The notes under the pieces were generated by a model that saw only the letters and a list, made by a program, of their open reading frames with translations, searched no databases and was not told the DNA's origin. From NCBI GenBank assembly GCA_043228905.1, contig JBHGNT010000012.1, forward strand, positions 16,616,001 to 16,680,000: a stretch of 64,000 bases of DNA, given 5' to 3'. Shown here in pieces: positions 49,144 through 62,550 of the stretch (within the stretch, counting starts at the first letter, position 1; every line of letters starts with the position of its first letter). This DNA is from Azolla caroliniana. Lineage: Eukaryota > Plantae > Polypodiophyta. A program made the translations under genes and the position numbers.

Positions 49144-49745
49144 CTATCTCTATAGGAAGTTGAGTTCGATTCTCAACACTAGGAAACCATAGATGCATAG
49201 GACACAATGTATTTAGGAAAGAGCAAAGTAGGCTAATAGGATTGGCTAATCAAGTCAACTAGAAGAATATTTTGTGGGCAAGTTACGATATACTTAGTCT
49301 TGAAGTATGTGCCGTTGACTTTAAGATAAGTACTATCTAGCACTAGCCTATATCTAGGGAGCTGGGTCATATTAAATGACAAGTCAGTTGACAGAAAAAC
49401 AATATCTCCACTACTATCAATTGACCTGCACAATTTAATGGTACACTCAAACCAAACAGAGAATATAATCCACTCTCTTACACTATGGTGTGATTATCAT
49501 CAGTCCCCACTAATTTTGTGGTGAGCTGGTCCAGATCCCATCTAAGCTCTAAGGTGTGAGCGAATGGGTGAACTACCGTTGTGAACTACTTTCATATGTA
49601 ATAGAAGTTTTGTTTTCATATATCCATCTCTGTGATTGTAACTCTATATACCTATCTAATCGATTCTCAATCTTTCTAACACTTAATAGTTATAAATGTA
49701 CACTATAGAATTGACTATTACAATTCATACCCTCGTTCCTTTCAA

Positions 49746-49940
49746 AATTAACCCACACATACTCACAATAAGACTAGGGAAAACTAAGGAAAACCTATCT
49801 GATGATAGTTATGGTTATCAGTAACATGTTGCCACCTTCATGAATTAACCCACACATACTCACAATAAGACTGGGGAAAACCAAGGAGAACCTATTTCAT
49901 GATAGTTATGGTTATGCAATAATAGGTAGTTGCCTTCATG
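49746..49940. repeat. Tandem duplication of about 97 bp
   Basis: AATTAACCCACACATACTCACAATAAGACT occurs at 49746 and 49843. Confidence 0.8.
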
Positions 49941-50258
49941 AAGGAGGACCTTTTCTCTTGATTGTTTTTGAGATAGAGATTCTCACAATGTGGCAAACCT
50001 TTAGCTTCATACGGGTGTGTCTCCTTTAAACCAAAGGTACAATCCATGTCCATACATGGTGGTATGGGACACCGGTTGGGTACTTAGATCCATCTCTCAC
50101 CTTCGCGAGGGGGTGGTTGAGTGGATTCATGCCCTTTCTTCCTTATTTTTCTTTTTAATTTTTCTTAATGTTATTAAGGTTCTAACATTATGGATAGAGC
50201 TAGCATACATCCACTACCTCTCACCTGAGATGAATCAGTTTTTTTTTAATATTGGAAG

Positions 50259-50760
50259 TGTTGAGAATCGACCGGCCACAATCACGTGTGTTTATGTGGG
50301 GCAAAGATCGAGAAGTCAAGAAAAATAGAAAACAGACAATTCAAGTACCGTGACACAAGATTTTAACATGGAAAACCCGAAAGGGAAAAACCACGGGAGT
50401 CCACAAACTCCGAACTGAATGACTAAGGTAGGAGGAGTACAACGAGAAGCTTCACGGCAACAACCTTGGGCTCTTTTTCGTCTGACTGACGGCTGTAGAG
50501 TTACAACTCTCACTCTCTCTTACACTCACTCAGTTACAGTGGCAACAACCAACTATATCTTGTACAACAATTATCATTCTCCATCCACTTGCCCTAAGTA
50601 TATTTATACTCATATACAATATGGGCTATTTACAACTATGGCCCACTAAGGGTATATTTAGGCTATTTACAATTATAGCCCCCTCCCTAATCGGTTTCAA
50701 CCGATTCACCTAATAACCGAATCGATTGTCGATTAGTCGATTTTTCGGAAATCAGTTTTC
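50259..50760 (-). mobile_element. Solo copia-type LTR related to the 33153/38425 LTRs (right end approximate)
   Basis: Shares GGCCACAA, GGAAAACCC...GGGAAAAACCACGGGAG and TATTTATACT...GGGCTATTTACAA motifs. Confidence 0.65.
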
Positions 50761-51602
50761 GGCCTCGGGAGTCAGCAAGCTATTACTCCAAAGTTTCTTG
50801 ATAAGTTTTGGGTTAAGCAATGGGCTAGAAAACAATAACAACAAATACTTCACGTTTAGTGGTTATTAGTGCATCAAGCCTTGCCTGTTGGCACATGGAT
50901 GCACAAGATGAGTGTATCATGTAATTGTGTTCGCTATTATTTGCAAGTTGAATCACAAAGGAATTGTCTATGGGGTTGCCTTTAGTTACAATTGGTATGG
51001 AAACATCTCCTAAGAATATTTGTCAATTACTTTCTCCTTCATTATCCACATGGTGGTTTGGACATGACTTGTCCACTCTGTTTTCATTATGATGATGAGT
51101 CTATCGATCGTGCTTCTAGCACTAATTTTGGAATAGTTTGTGTACTTCCTTCAGTGTCCATGCAAGTTTTAGGAAGGAAGGAGATGCAACCATTATGTGA
51201 GTTACTAAGTAGTACCACTATATACAACATCTACAGGGCTCGATGCTCTCTCATTTTCCATCAAGTTAGAGCCCCACCAATTGAAATGGTATGTAATATT
51301 TAGTTGGACATGATCCATACTAGAAAAGGACAATGGGATTGTCTTATTGGAGACTCAAAAGCTAAAGCTGCTCAACAACTCTAGTTTCTTACTTTGTGGA
51401 AAGATACTCCACTTTTGTGCTTGTAACCTTTTTTGGCATTTTCACCCACCAAGATGGTTGTTCCCTCTGCCAATCACTTGAAAATCACCACAATATAAAT
51501 TTCTTTATACTAACTTCAACATGTATGTGCATTCACATTTCACTGTTTGTGTACATGTATGTATTAATCAGCCTAAGTATGCATGTGTATTCATAACTAA
51601 GG

Positions 51603-51790
<188 letters not shown>

Positions 51791-54258
51791 ATGCGTGTAG
51801 GTATCAATGAAATTTTTTGTGCTTGTCAATGAATACCCCCAATACTAACCATAAACCCTAATTGACCAATCATACCTGGCAATTGCGGAGGCGAGCTCGA
51901 CGTCAATGTATTGTGTTGATGCTCGTTGATGGTGTGAGCTTCTCATCTTATGAAAAGGGGGATTCACAAACCCTCTTTTCTTATTTATTTTTTAAAAATT
52001 TAAAATTGTGATGCATAATGACGCCTTTCTAGGCACATTACTATGCGGTGCATAAAAAAGCATTGTCGTGCGACATGTTTTTTATGCATGTTGTTTAGCG
52101 ACACATTCCAATATGGAGGCGTTGCATAAACTCTACTTGTAAGACGCAATTAGTGATGCACACTTGAAGCGTCACCTTTGCAACGTAGTTTAGCAAAAAA
52201 GGTGATGTCACTAACCCCCCATTTTATTGTGATGTTTGAAGTCGCAAGGTTGACTTTGTTTATTACTTTTTTGATCAACCTCTAGATTGGTATGAATATG
52301 AAGGGATAGTACTTCAATGTACACCAACTAGATTAAAGTTACATATTTTCCCTTTATAATAGTACATGATATGCATTTGTTTACATGAAGACTTATGAAA
52401 GCGGATGATATTATAAGTTATAACCAACCAAAAATGAAATAGGTGTTGTTGAATCACACATTTGTTTTCTAGGCACTTACATGCCACTACACCTTACAAT
52501 ATAGTCAAAAGTGGCTTGTCTATTGTTACAAGCACTGAAACAACATGTACATGTACTACAATTGAAGAATTAAATATATAAATAAGTAAATGTACATACA
52601 TCCATACATGTGTTATAACTTATATATATACATATATATAAGACAACCACATAAGGCATGTTTTACTATAATATTCTCTCATTTTGTATCAAAACTAATA
52701 TCTTGTTTGCATTTGTTGGAGTATTCTACAAATATATACCATGATTCTAATTCAAGATGCTTAATACTTATCAAAACTCTTTGTTGAATCCCATGTCTTC
52801 TAGAGTATTTTGGATTGATAATCAAGTTTGGTCGAAACCTCGATACTATGTATTGATTCTTGTTTTTCTGTTTTTTTGTTTGTTCTTACATAATTGGTTT
52901 TTATTTTAAATTCCTGCCAACTTCTAACCTCCTTGAAAATTAGTATATGAAGCTCTATCTATCATTGAATTTTGAAGTTTGAACTCCCTAATTTTAAAAA
53001 ATCCCATGTGACATGATATTTCCACTCACCTCAAATTGTTTTTAAAATAACCATGAGTTATTGTAGGGTACAAATACCATTTATCATTATCAACTTGATG
53101 GATGTCTCAATGCCATTTTGATACACCATCAACTTCATCATATGGTCCAATGAAGTAAAACTAAAGACACGATACACAAACCCTACTCTAGTGTTACCCC
53201 CAAAATGTATAAATCAAAAACATTGCTCAAGAATGAGAATTATATGAGTTTTACAAGTAGTACATGGAAGCTCATTTAAACATCACTCTAATTAGGAGTA
53301 TTAACCTCTCAAATATCCCATGCTTCTTGAATATACTCATAACCCTCGAAAATATTTACTCCCAAATTTCACCACAAAATCAATTCACTACTTTAAGTTG
53401 GGATACATCCTACAAAATATATGGAAGCCTTAGGCTAGGGAGAGCAATGTTTCTCATTTTACTATAGTTAAATTCTTGCGCTTCATGAAATTATTGAAAT
53501 TGAACATCAAATTTAATGTTTGATCACAATATGTCAAGAAAAATAAGAACTGACTGCATATATTACAAAGAAATTCAAGAGGTACAAGAGATACGGAGCA
53601 TCCAAGGCACTTATTTGCTAGTGCCTCGATATGTCATATCCATATTTAAAATGAGAAAAGCATTAGAGCATGGGATCTATTCATATGACAAAAACTTGAT
53701 TGAATGTTAGTGCCTTTAAGGTACGACTCTCTCAATGTGAACCAGGCAACTTTGTCGGAACAAGGACACCATTCTTACAACAATATAGAGCTTCATTGTC
53801 AATGTCTCAAGTTGTAGTACAACCTAAAGAAGACACCAAATTGTTTGTGCAAGTAATTCCATTCTTACATACGCTCGATTTCTTAAGTCATCGGGACTTA
53901 AAAAGAGGCAAAAATCAAAACAAGCTTCAAGAGGTAATGCCATTTGTACAAAATGCCGAGCATTAAGTCAAATTGCATTAGCCATACCTATAAAAGAGAA
54001 ACACCAAATTGTTGGGAGAACACTCTTTGGCTTGCAAAAAAAATTGATTATTAATATGTCACGATGCAACCTTACCCCCCTGTCCCCCACCCCAAGAGAA
54101 AAAGGGAGACAAAATTGTCGGCTTGAGGCACGAACAATTGGAATGAGGGAAGCCATCGATCGTTCTCAAGTAAAGGGACATGGCATAAAATTCAAAGGGT
54201 GTTGGCATTGTAGGTAAAGAGCATTCATTAGGGTGGGAAAAGAAGTAGACAAAAGAAG

Positions 54259-54459
54259 ATGGAGCTCCCTTCAGTCCAAGAGGGGGGGACAAAAAAGCAT
54301 CAAGCGCAGCTCCCGATTCACACACGCTACACCAACAACTTAAGGCATCTTTTTCTCAACACAATTTCTTGCGGCATGTCCGGGTCCGGGTGCGTCACTC
54401 CATCGTGGTCTTCTCTAGGGCCCTTTGAAGTGTCATATATGTGTGTATGTATGTGTGTC

Positions 54460-54492
<33 letters not shown>

Positions 54493-54649
54493 GAAAGAAC
54501 ATGATGTATTGGACCCGATCCGATGTTTCGGGTGGATTTGTTTGCGTCTAGGACAAGATGGATTGGTAAGTGGAGACATGTGTGAAATGGCAAGCCAGGC
54601 CTCAATTGTGTCTCTTTGTGCTCCTCTATTGGAGGGAAAGGAGCTCCAT
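54259..54649 (-). ncRNA. MIR319: MIR319 (miR159/319 family) precursor hairpin
   Basis: The reverse complement of 54261-54280 is CTTGGACTGAAGGGAGCTCC (canonical miR319). The star arm ATGGAGCTCCTTTCCCTCCAA is at 54649-54629. The family's loop-proximal second duplex is present (GCTTGCCATTTCACACA with TGTGTGAATCGGGAGC). Confidence 0.92.
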
Positions 54650-54939
54650 TCACTTCTTTCTTTCTTTTTCCATCACATTTAACCATTGTCATCATCCATC
54701 TGCTCCTGCACAAACACAATCACACATATTTCATGCAATAGATCATAATTAGGTTAATGTAACACCGCAAATCCACACACACACACACAAACACAGAAAA
54801 ACACTAATATCTAATTGCTTCTCAAAGATGTAACACCATCAAATTCTTTGGCACTTCATGACCCAAAACCAGTAATTGAAGATGAGTTTAAAGAGAGTAG
54901 AAGATGATGCAGATGCAGATGATGATAAGAAAACAAAAT

Positions 54940-55232
54940 CCTTGATGGGCTGTATAGATAACCCATCAAAACCCTTGATGAGTTGTATAAATAACCCTTG
55001 ATGGGTTGTATAGGTAACCCATCAAAACCCTTGATGGGTACTTCATTAATTCACCAATGGAGAGACACACAACATTGGTGAGACACACAAAGAAGAAGAA
55101 GAATACATAAACCCTTGATGGGTTATCTAAATAAGCATTAAACATGAATTGGGTACTTATATTAATGCATTAACAGAGATGCAGAGATAGAAGAAGAAGA
55201 AGAAGAAGAATTACAAAACCCTTGATGGGTTA
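54940..55232. repeat. Six CCTTGATG(G/A)G motifs in the putative pri-miR319 5' region
   Basis: Copies near 54940, 54971, 54994, 55027, 55111 and 55218; ACCCATCAA-AACCC-TTGATGGGT hairpin at 55017-55039. Confidence 0.8.
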
Positions 55233-55669
55233 TCTAGATAAGAACTAAACTTGACTTGGGTACTTCATTAATTCATAAATGGAGACACTGTCTGTTTGTG
55301 TGTGTGTGTGTGTGTGACAGAAGAAGTAGAAGTAGAAGAAGAAGTTAGATATAGATGTATATAGATGTGTGTGTGTGTGTGTGTGTCAGATCTAACCCAA
55401 GAGGAAACAAAACGTATAATAGAGAGGCTTTTGTCTGAGCTATTTAATAGTGAATAGAAGAAGAAAAAGATGATGATGATGATGAAAAAGAAGAAAGAAG
55501 AAAGAAGACGAAGAAACACCAATAGAAGTCACATAAATTGAAAACATTAGATTTTGTTATGTGTATAATACACACACACACACACACACATACACTTGTC
55601 TAGAAAAGAAGAAAAAGATGAACACCCCTTTCTCTTTCCTCCATGGAATCTTTCTTTTTTTATGCACAT

Positions 55670-56070
55670 CATTTTATAAACATTACATACATACATACAT
55701 TTATATCCAATCTCTCTCTCTCTCAAAAAGGGGGGGGGGGGGGGGGAGAGGATGGAGGAGGAGGAGGAGGATGTAATTGTCCTTTCCTCATTTAATACAT
55801 TGGACATATGTAAGGTCAAAAGATGCACCTTAGCCCTTCCCCCATTGGTGCATCTTCTTCCTGTCTGTCTTGTCTTGGTCCCACACGTTGGCCCCCATTG
55901 GTGCACCTTGTTGTATCCCTTCTGACCACGCGTTAACCATATAATGTATATGATCATGTCCTTGGCCGCCTTCGAGCCCCCCCCCCCCCCCCCCCCCCAA
56001 TGTTCACTTTTATCCACGCGCTAACCATATAATGTATATGATCGCGTCCTTGGCCGTCTTCGATCCGCTT
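55670..56070 (-). promoter_or_regulatory. Putative MIR319 promoter
   Basis: Minus-strand TATAAA near 55673-55705, TCP-type TGGTCCCAC at 55876-55884, a duplicated ~50-bp block (55926 and 56015), and a CT-rich leader downstream. Confidence 0.45.
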
Positions 56071-57317
56071 CCCCCACCCACAATGTTCATGACAAGAACA
56101 TCGAGATACATTATTGCATGAGGCCGCAGACCAAGTGTGTTTGGTATTGAATATGGTGTCACGCTAAATGACAAGATATAAGTTGCCCCTTCTAGAGGTC
56201 AAAAGCGAATAAGAGGAGTATTGCAATATTAAAAAGGCCTCTCAATCAATCAACAGTTGTTCCTCATGACACCATATTCAAATATGGGAAGAAAAGCATT
56301 TGTGTGTCGATATGAAGAAAATGAAAGATGGTGTAGAAGCATGAAGAAGGCATCAACAATCTTTATTGTGCAAAGACCATTGAAAGGGGCATAGATCGAC
56401 TTGCAAAAGAAGCATATATATAGTTAAAATGAAGCTAGAGAAACCAAGTGAAACTAGAGAAATATCCCAAATCCACACACTCATTAGCGTCCTAATGTTG
56501 AGAATGCATTCAATATTCTAAGTCATCCATGTGGCATCTTCATGTTATCATGTCGTTGATAGATTGTAATGCCTATGCCCAATCTTGAACTTAAAGTAGT
56601 TATAAACGTTCATGTTGAAACATGATCGTTGCTAATTAGATTGGGACTTTAATGCTATTTGTTTCCACCCAAGCTTCACTTTGGTTCACATGATATACAT
56701 ATGTTTTATTTCAAATCATGGACCAATGTTTTTGTGGGGTGATTGAACTTGCAATACTAGGACACGGAAGTTTCTCCCCTTTGTTAATCATTAGTGTAAA
56801 CTAATCACATTGCATTTTCTATTCAAATGTAGTATATTGTGTCCATCTAACTTCTAATTGACATTTTTGTGCATGCTCCCAATTCATGGATTATTGTACA
56901 TCTTTGGAAATATGCTTGAATGAGTTCACTAGTATGCCTAGGCTAGACATTGTAAGTAACTTGCAATGGTAGATCATTGGTTACTAGGTTATATCAGCTA
57001 TTGTTTGGTCATATTTAATATCCATTAAAGAGGTCAATGGTCCAACAAAAGTTCTCCATGCCATAAGGTGGGTTGAAATGTGGTGTCTCCGCATGAGAAG
57101 AGTACTATGTCGTAAGAAAATAATAGCCCAATGAGTATATGTGCTCCTAGAATTTACCTATGGAGATGCTCTTCCTTTGTGAGTTACAAGTAGACCTTTT
57201 TTAGTTCATTGATGCAAAATTTGAAGAGTGTGGCTGAGAGGGAGGCATTGTTGTTTCACCTTCTAATCACCATCCCTCATTCTTGTTTCACATTCTAATC
57301 ACCAATAAATTGATGAG

Positions 57318-57352
<35 letters not shown>

Positions 57353-60300
57353 GCAAATTGGCCATTTGTATTGGCCCCTTGGCCACATAGTTCACTAGGT
57401 GTTATGATATTGGGGGGGTCATCATTTTTAGTGCCCTAGTTTTGTGATAGTCTATTTACATAATTGCTACATTATTCTTCACAAGAAAAGAGAAGAAGAA
57501 GAAGAAGAAGGTGTGTGTGCTTGCGTGCATGCTCGCTAGCTCCCACACATGAATTGAGCAAGCAAAGAATAATAAGATGTGTGTTATATTGAAGTTCAAA
57601 TAGTAAAATTAATTCAAGTGTGCATGCGTTGAGCAAGCAAATAATTCAATTTGGGGAAATTATTGGCTTTCCCCCAAGGATTATTCACAAGACGAATGCA
57701 TCCAAAGGGCCCCTAACAATTTGATAAGTTCCTTTTTATGAACCATAAAAAGGTGTGTGATTTAAACCTCAATTCCCTAAAACATAAAATCGTTAATTTG
57801 TTTTATAATGTACATGTGGTTAAAAAGCGTCACTAATTCACTACTTTCCCTCGTCTTTTATAAACTTGCCATTCACTCTAGTAATAGTTGTTATTGTCGT
57901 TCATGATCATCTTGCATAGAAATTACAACATTGTCATCGTATATTTTGAAGCAAATGCTACATAGCATGTTATGTTCTGAGATAAAGTGCAATCAGCTTA
58001 TACTTTGTTATATCTGAATCGATTTTAAAATGTTGCAATATTGATCTAAAACCTAATCATGCCACATATGCCTATGTATGTGCCAAATTGCCACTCCTCA
58101 ACTCTATGTGGATTTGAGCTCCTGATTGCACCATTCTTGGGGTTTGTAACTAACCGAATATGCACAACCGAAAACATAACAAAGTGCCGATACATAAAAT
58201 ATTTTTGTGGCATCCTCGCATAAATACAATGGGGTTTAAATAGAACCTCCCATCATACTATGTAACTTGCAATACATTCAATATACAATATGATGTAGTG
58301 TTGCATATATTAAAGCATCCTCGAGAAGGGAAATCTCATGTTGTGGCACACTAAAGCAAACTTTTAATAAAGTACTAGAAATGATCGAGAATTGAACCTT
58401 GATGTTGCATCACACATTCCATATCTAGTTCTATATTTTGGTTTAAAATTTTGATAGTTGTCCTATATCAAGGTTACATCGTGCAAATCTCTATCATTCT
58501 ATCGTTTTCATTTCTGCTCTTCTTTGATCTCTTTCAAGAAAGATTGGACAACTTTGTGCACAACTTTAATAGAGTGAAAGTGTGCAAGTTGATTTAGGCC
58601 ACATGCACATAATATATTAATATGTAAGGTGCATGTACGTTTACATGAACATTTAATCCATTCTACTTTTTGTTGTCCACCCTGTTTATAGTAAATTTTC
58701 AAATCTAGATTTAGATTTATTAATCGGTTCTCTCATATCGGCAATTGGTCAACATATTGAACTTAAACACAACAATCTCATAAGGGGGAGGCTAAACAAT
58801 TATCATATATAATGTATAATGATTATATAAGCTATGGTGTTATGTATATATTATAATGATTGTATAAGCTATGTTGTTCTATATAAAAGAGTCAAATTGA
58901 GTTATGACAAGCCAACATGTGGTTGCAAAAATATAGATTTGCATGCATAGGATTGTGTGATCTAGAGTATCACATGTATGTGGCCACGATGGAATTACAA
59001 AAATACTCGACATATATGTATGGAAATGCTCAAAAATCTATTGTATCTATGATTGATGGTAGGCCAATGGGACATTAAAGAGCTCTCTCTTTCTTTCCTC
59101 ATCATTTGAGTTACATAGGAACATAGGTCATGTTTTTTGCCTTCCAAAGATGTTAAAATATCATCATCATCATCATGTGAATTTGATCTCTCTCTCTCTC
59201 AAGATTAGCACCCCTTATTGAGTCCCTACCAATAGACCCTTCAATGTCTTTATATATTAATCGACACAAGTCAAGGCTATCGATAAAAAAAACAAAGCAC
59301 ATGCATCAATATGCCTACCAAAACTCAATAATGTCATTAATAGTTTGCACTTTCATGTCCCTACTACTTATAACATGTACTACTCTTGTTTAAATTTTAC
59401 AAATAGAACAATAATTGTAGAGATTAATTATATTGACTAACAATATCCAACCAATCCCCTATGCAACAACTCACATTTGTGAGTCTCATCATATATGTTA
59501 TTTGCCTTCAAAGGAGATTAAAATGTCATCGTCTAAACAATTTTTTATATCAATGACACAGTTATAAAATAGTGTGATGTCTCCAACGCGGACTGTCATG
59601 TACAAACTGTTCGTATCCTTCTTATGACACGTGACTGAAATGCAAGGCTTAAATATTAATTCTCACAACATTTCCCCAAGGTAAAGGAATACGTGTCCCC
59701 AACAACGTTAATAATAAAAAATGATAGCATATGAGGAAGAGTAAGAATGAAACCAATGTAGCATAAGATGACCGTTCCTTTTTTTTGGAACTATCTTCAC
59801 TCAAATATAATACAACCATGAGTTTCTGACTTTTATAATCATGCATTACTAGTTGATGGGTATCGAGGGCCATCAAATAGGCAACCATTTAGAATGCTCT
59901 CTAGGATGGGGTGCAAACTTTACTAAAATCGAGTGTAAACTTTTCTTTCTCCAATTGCATGCAAGAAAGGTGGCGTGCACCAAATGCTCAAACTATTTTG
60001 TTGAAGGGGGTGCCATTGTTAGTTGCATTGTACGTAGGTGTTAAAGGGCTTCGATAAGAAGATATTTTTTGGATTGCACAAATGTACAATTCACTTAGCT
60101 TTTGGGATAAGTTATCAATTTGACGCACATAGGATTGATGTAGAAAATACTATATGACATTGGGTAATGGGTCATTTTTGGCTTTTGGAAGAAGTTATTA
60201 GTTTGATGCACTCAAGAACAATTACCAAATTACTTTTGTGTCCGTCAGATACATAGATTGGGTTAAGATTCGTTAGTAGAGTGCATTGTCAAGTGATAAT

Positions 60301-62479
60301 AATCGGCATTTTTGGTGACTATATGGACTAAAGTTTACATCATCCATTGACATGTTGAATATCCATCTTTTTCATGTCAACAACATTGTCTAGAAAGAAA
60401 ATAAGGGGTCGATAATTAACATGTATTCACGAATAATGTCTAAAATGAAAAGAAAAGCCTTAGGATTGTTTGAAATGATCTAGGAAGATCAAATTGATGA
60501 CATAAAATTAATGTCAACCTAGTAGTACACGAAGCAAAAGTATATGTCCCTATTTTATCCAATTCAGAACATACATGTAATTAATATGGTAGGTGCATGT
60601 GCTTGTTGTACGTTTCCAAGTGAATGTAGGTACTCTACTATGGATCTTTAAATAACTAGTCCACCCCTACACTTAGAGAAGTATAGATGTGTCCACATAA
60701 CATATGAACCAATTGTAACTCATAGACTTCCCCTTGGATATGCAAGGTGTCAATATACCAACTTCTCCCTCATCGAGTGCATAATAGAGCAAATTTTACA
60801 ATCATATCATATCATGAAGAAACTATAAAGGTTGAAGGTTGAAGAAATATATCAAGTAATGTACATGACACTTATGTACACATTGTAGTGATGTCTATTG
60901 ACTAAAGGTATACCCTTACACAAAAATAAACCTTTGGTAGAAATGAAATTTAAATCCCTACTGCCATAATACTATTAGGGGATCATTCATTGATAACTCA
61001 ATCTCGAGCATATCCCTAGATCATGATGTTATGTTACTACTATGTAAAACATTTAAATAGTTGCCCAATATGTACACAATGAACATTAAAAAGAGTTAAC
61101 ATAGACAATGGATAATCAACCTATAAATATTGCATAAACACAATATGTATATAGGTGTCAATGTCATTATGTTCTGATTAATGTGTTGTAGAGCTTGATC
61201 TCATTCTTGCTCTATATCATACCTAAAACCCTTCTACTTTCTTGTCACAATCAAAGCAAAATAATTGCTAAATAATCTAATTGTCTCAAAAATAAAATAA
61301 TATGAATGGATGCAAGACTAGATCTAGTTTTACATTGGGCTCAAGATGAAACCATTTCATTAGGCTTGAATCCACAATTTGAATGTCATTAAGTATAAGC
61401 TTTGTCACTATTCAACCATAACTGATCTATTTTGTTTGTAAATTGTACTTTCATGAAATGTACTTTTAACATATGCTATCTTGATTTGATAGAAAATACC
61501 AAAACTGAAAGTATTTCAAGTTACAAGGAAGTTGCGGAAATATGAAAGGGAAGCCAAACCTAATGAAGAAAATTAAAAGAAAATGCTACTTCAACTAGAG
61601 GCATATATACAAATTACCACATGTATTTGTTAGCATTGCCATGTGAATGACAATGCATTCATTTTCATTTATCGTTTTTTGGAGCAAATTGCCCGATCTC
61701 AAACTTTAATTATGCAAAGTCTATATTATAAATGCAACCTCAAACCCACAACTCAAGACTCGACCCCACAACCTTAACGTTGCAAAGTATAAAATAGGCG
61801 TAATATTATGCATCGTTTGTGTTATAAATGCAACTTTGAACCAAGAATGAAAGACTCGACCCCATAACCTTAATGTCGCAAAGTATAAACTAGGTTTGAT
61901 GTTTTGGTGAGTAGTTCATAATGAGCACCTTTATACGTTCATGCAAGAGAGAGATAGTATTGAACCACATGATAAAATTGTGATCACTCAATCAAAGAGA
62001 TGTTAAGATTTAACCACATGATAAAATTGAGTAATCTTACTTTAAAGGTGAAATCATTGCAAACAGGAAAGGAAATGTGTAAAAATAAGGAATTTAGCTC
62101 ATGAGCTTGAATTGATAACATACATGTTGTAAAAAACTGCATGCACGTGAAATGTTGAGGGGGATCATCAAGCGAGGTTGAGAATGTTGCCTTTAGATTG
62201 TGCCAAAGTTCAATGTGTGTGGTGGTGCATTTGCTCGAGTCCAATAACTTCTCTATCAATGTGTTCCTGAACACTTAGTATTCTACCAGTAAACAATTGG
62301 GTGGAGATGGCATGAGTGTGAATTTTTTTTTTTTCCAAAAAAACACTCCTTCGCATTAGTTAGCAAACAATTACATCATAGACCACCAAAAAATTGGCAA
62401 CCCTCACTCTGGCCTTCTCACCAAAGTGGACATAGTCCCCACCTCATTTACAACATAAGTATCCACAACTCCTAGTGTC

Positions 62480-62546
62480 ATGATATGGCAAGACTCGAAC
62501 CCATGACCTTATAGTATATGGGTCGAGCTCTTAACCATCACACCAT
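62480..62546 (-). mobile_element. tRNA-derived SINE-like head
   Basis: The minus strand reads A-box-like GGTGTGATGGTTAA and B-box GGTTCGAGTC with tRNA-like spacing. Confidence 0.5.
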
Positions 62547-62550
62547 CTAT

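Noticed and set aside
51880-52234. Possible degenerate CACTA-type terminal region with GACGC/GCGTC-like subterminal motifs
   Set aside because: No clean CACTA/TAGTG terminus, partner end or TSD could be identified.
54327-54719. 130-aa minus-strand ORF as a host protein or miPEP
   Set aside because: It overlaps the MIR319 hairpin and microsatellite loop, has a non-ATG start and shows no recognisable domain.
55305-55325. miR156-like TGACAGAAGA
   Set aside because: Only the first 10 nt match, within a GAA-rich tract, and there is no complementary arm.
61725-61895. About 97-bp tandem duplication with B-box-like GACTCGACCC
   Set aside because: Two degenerate copies only, with no A-box, tail or TSD to support a SINE or RNA gene call.
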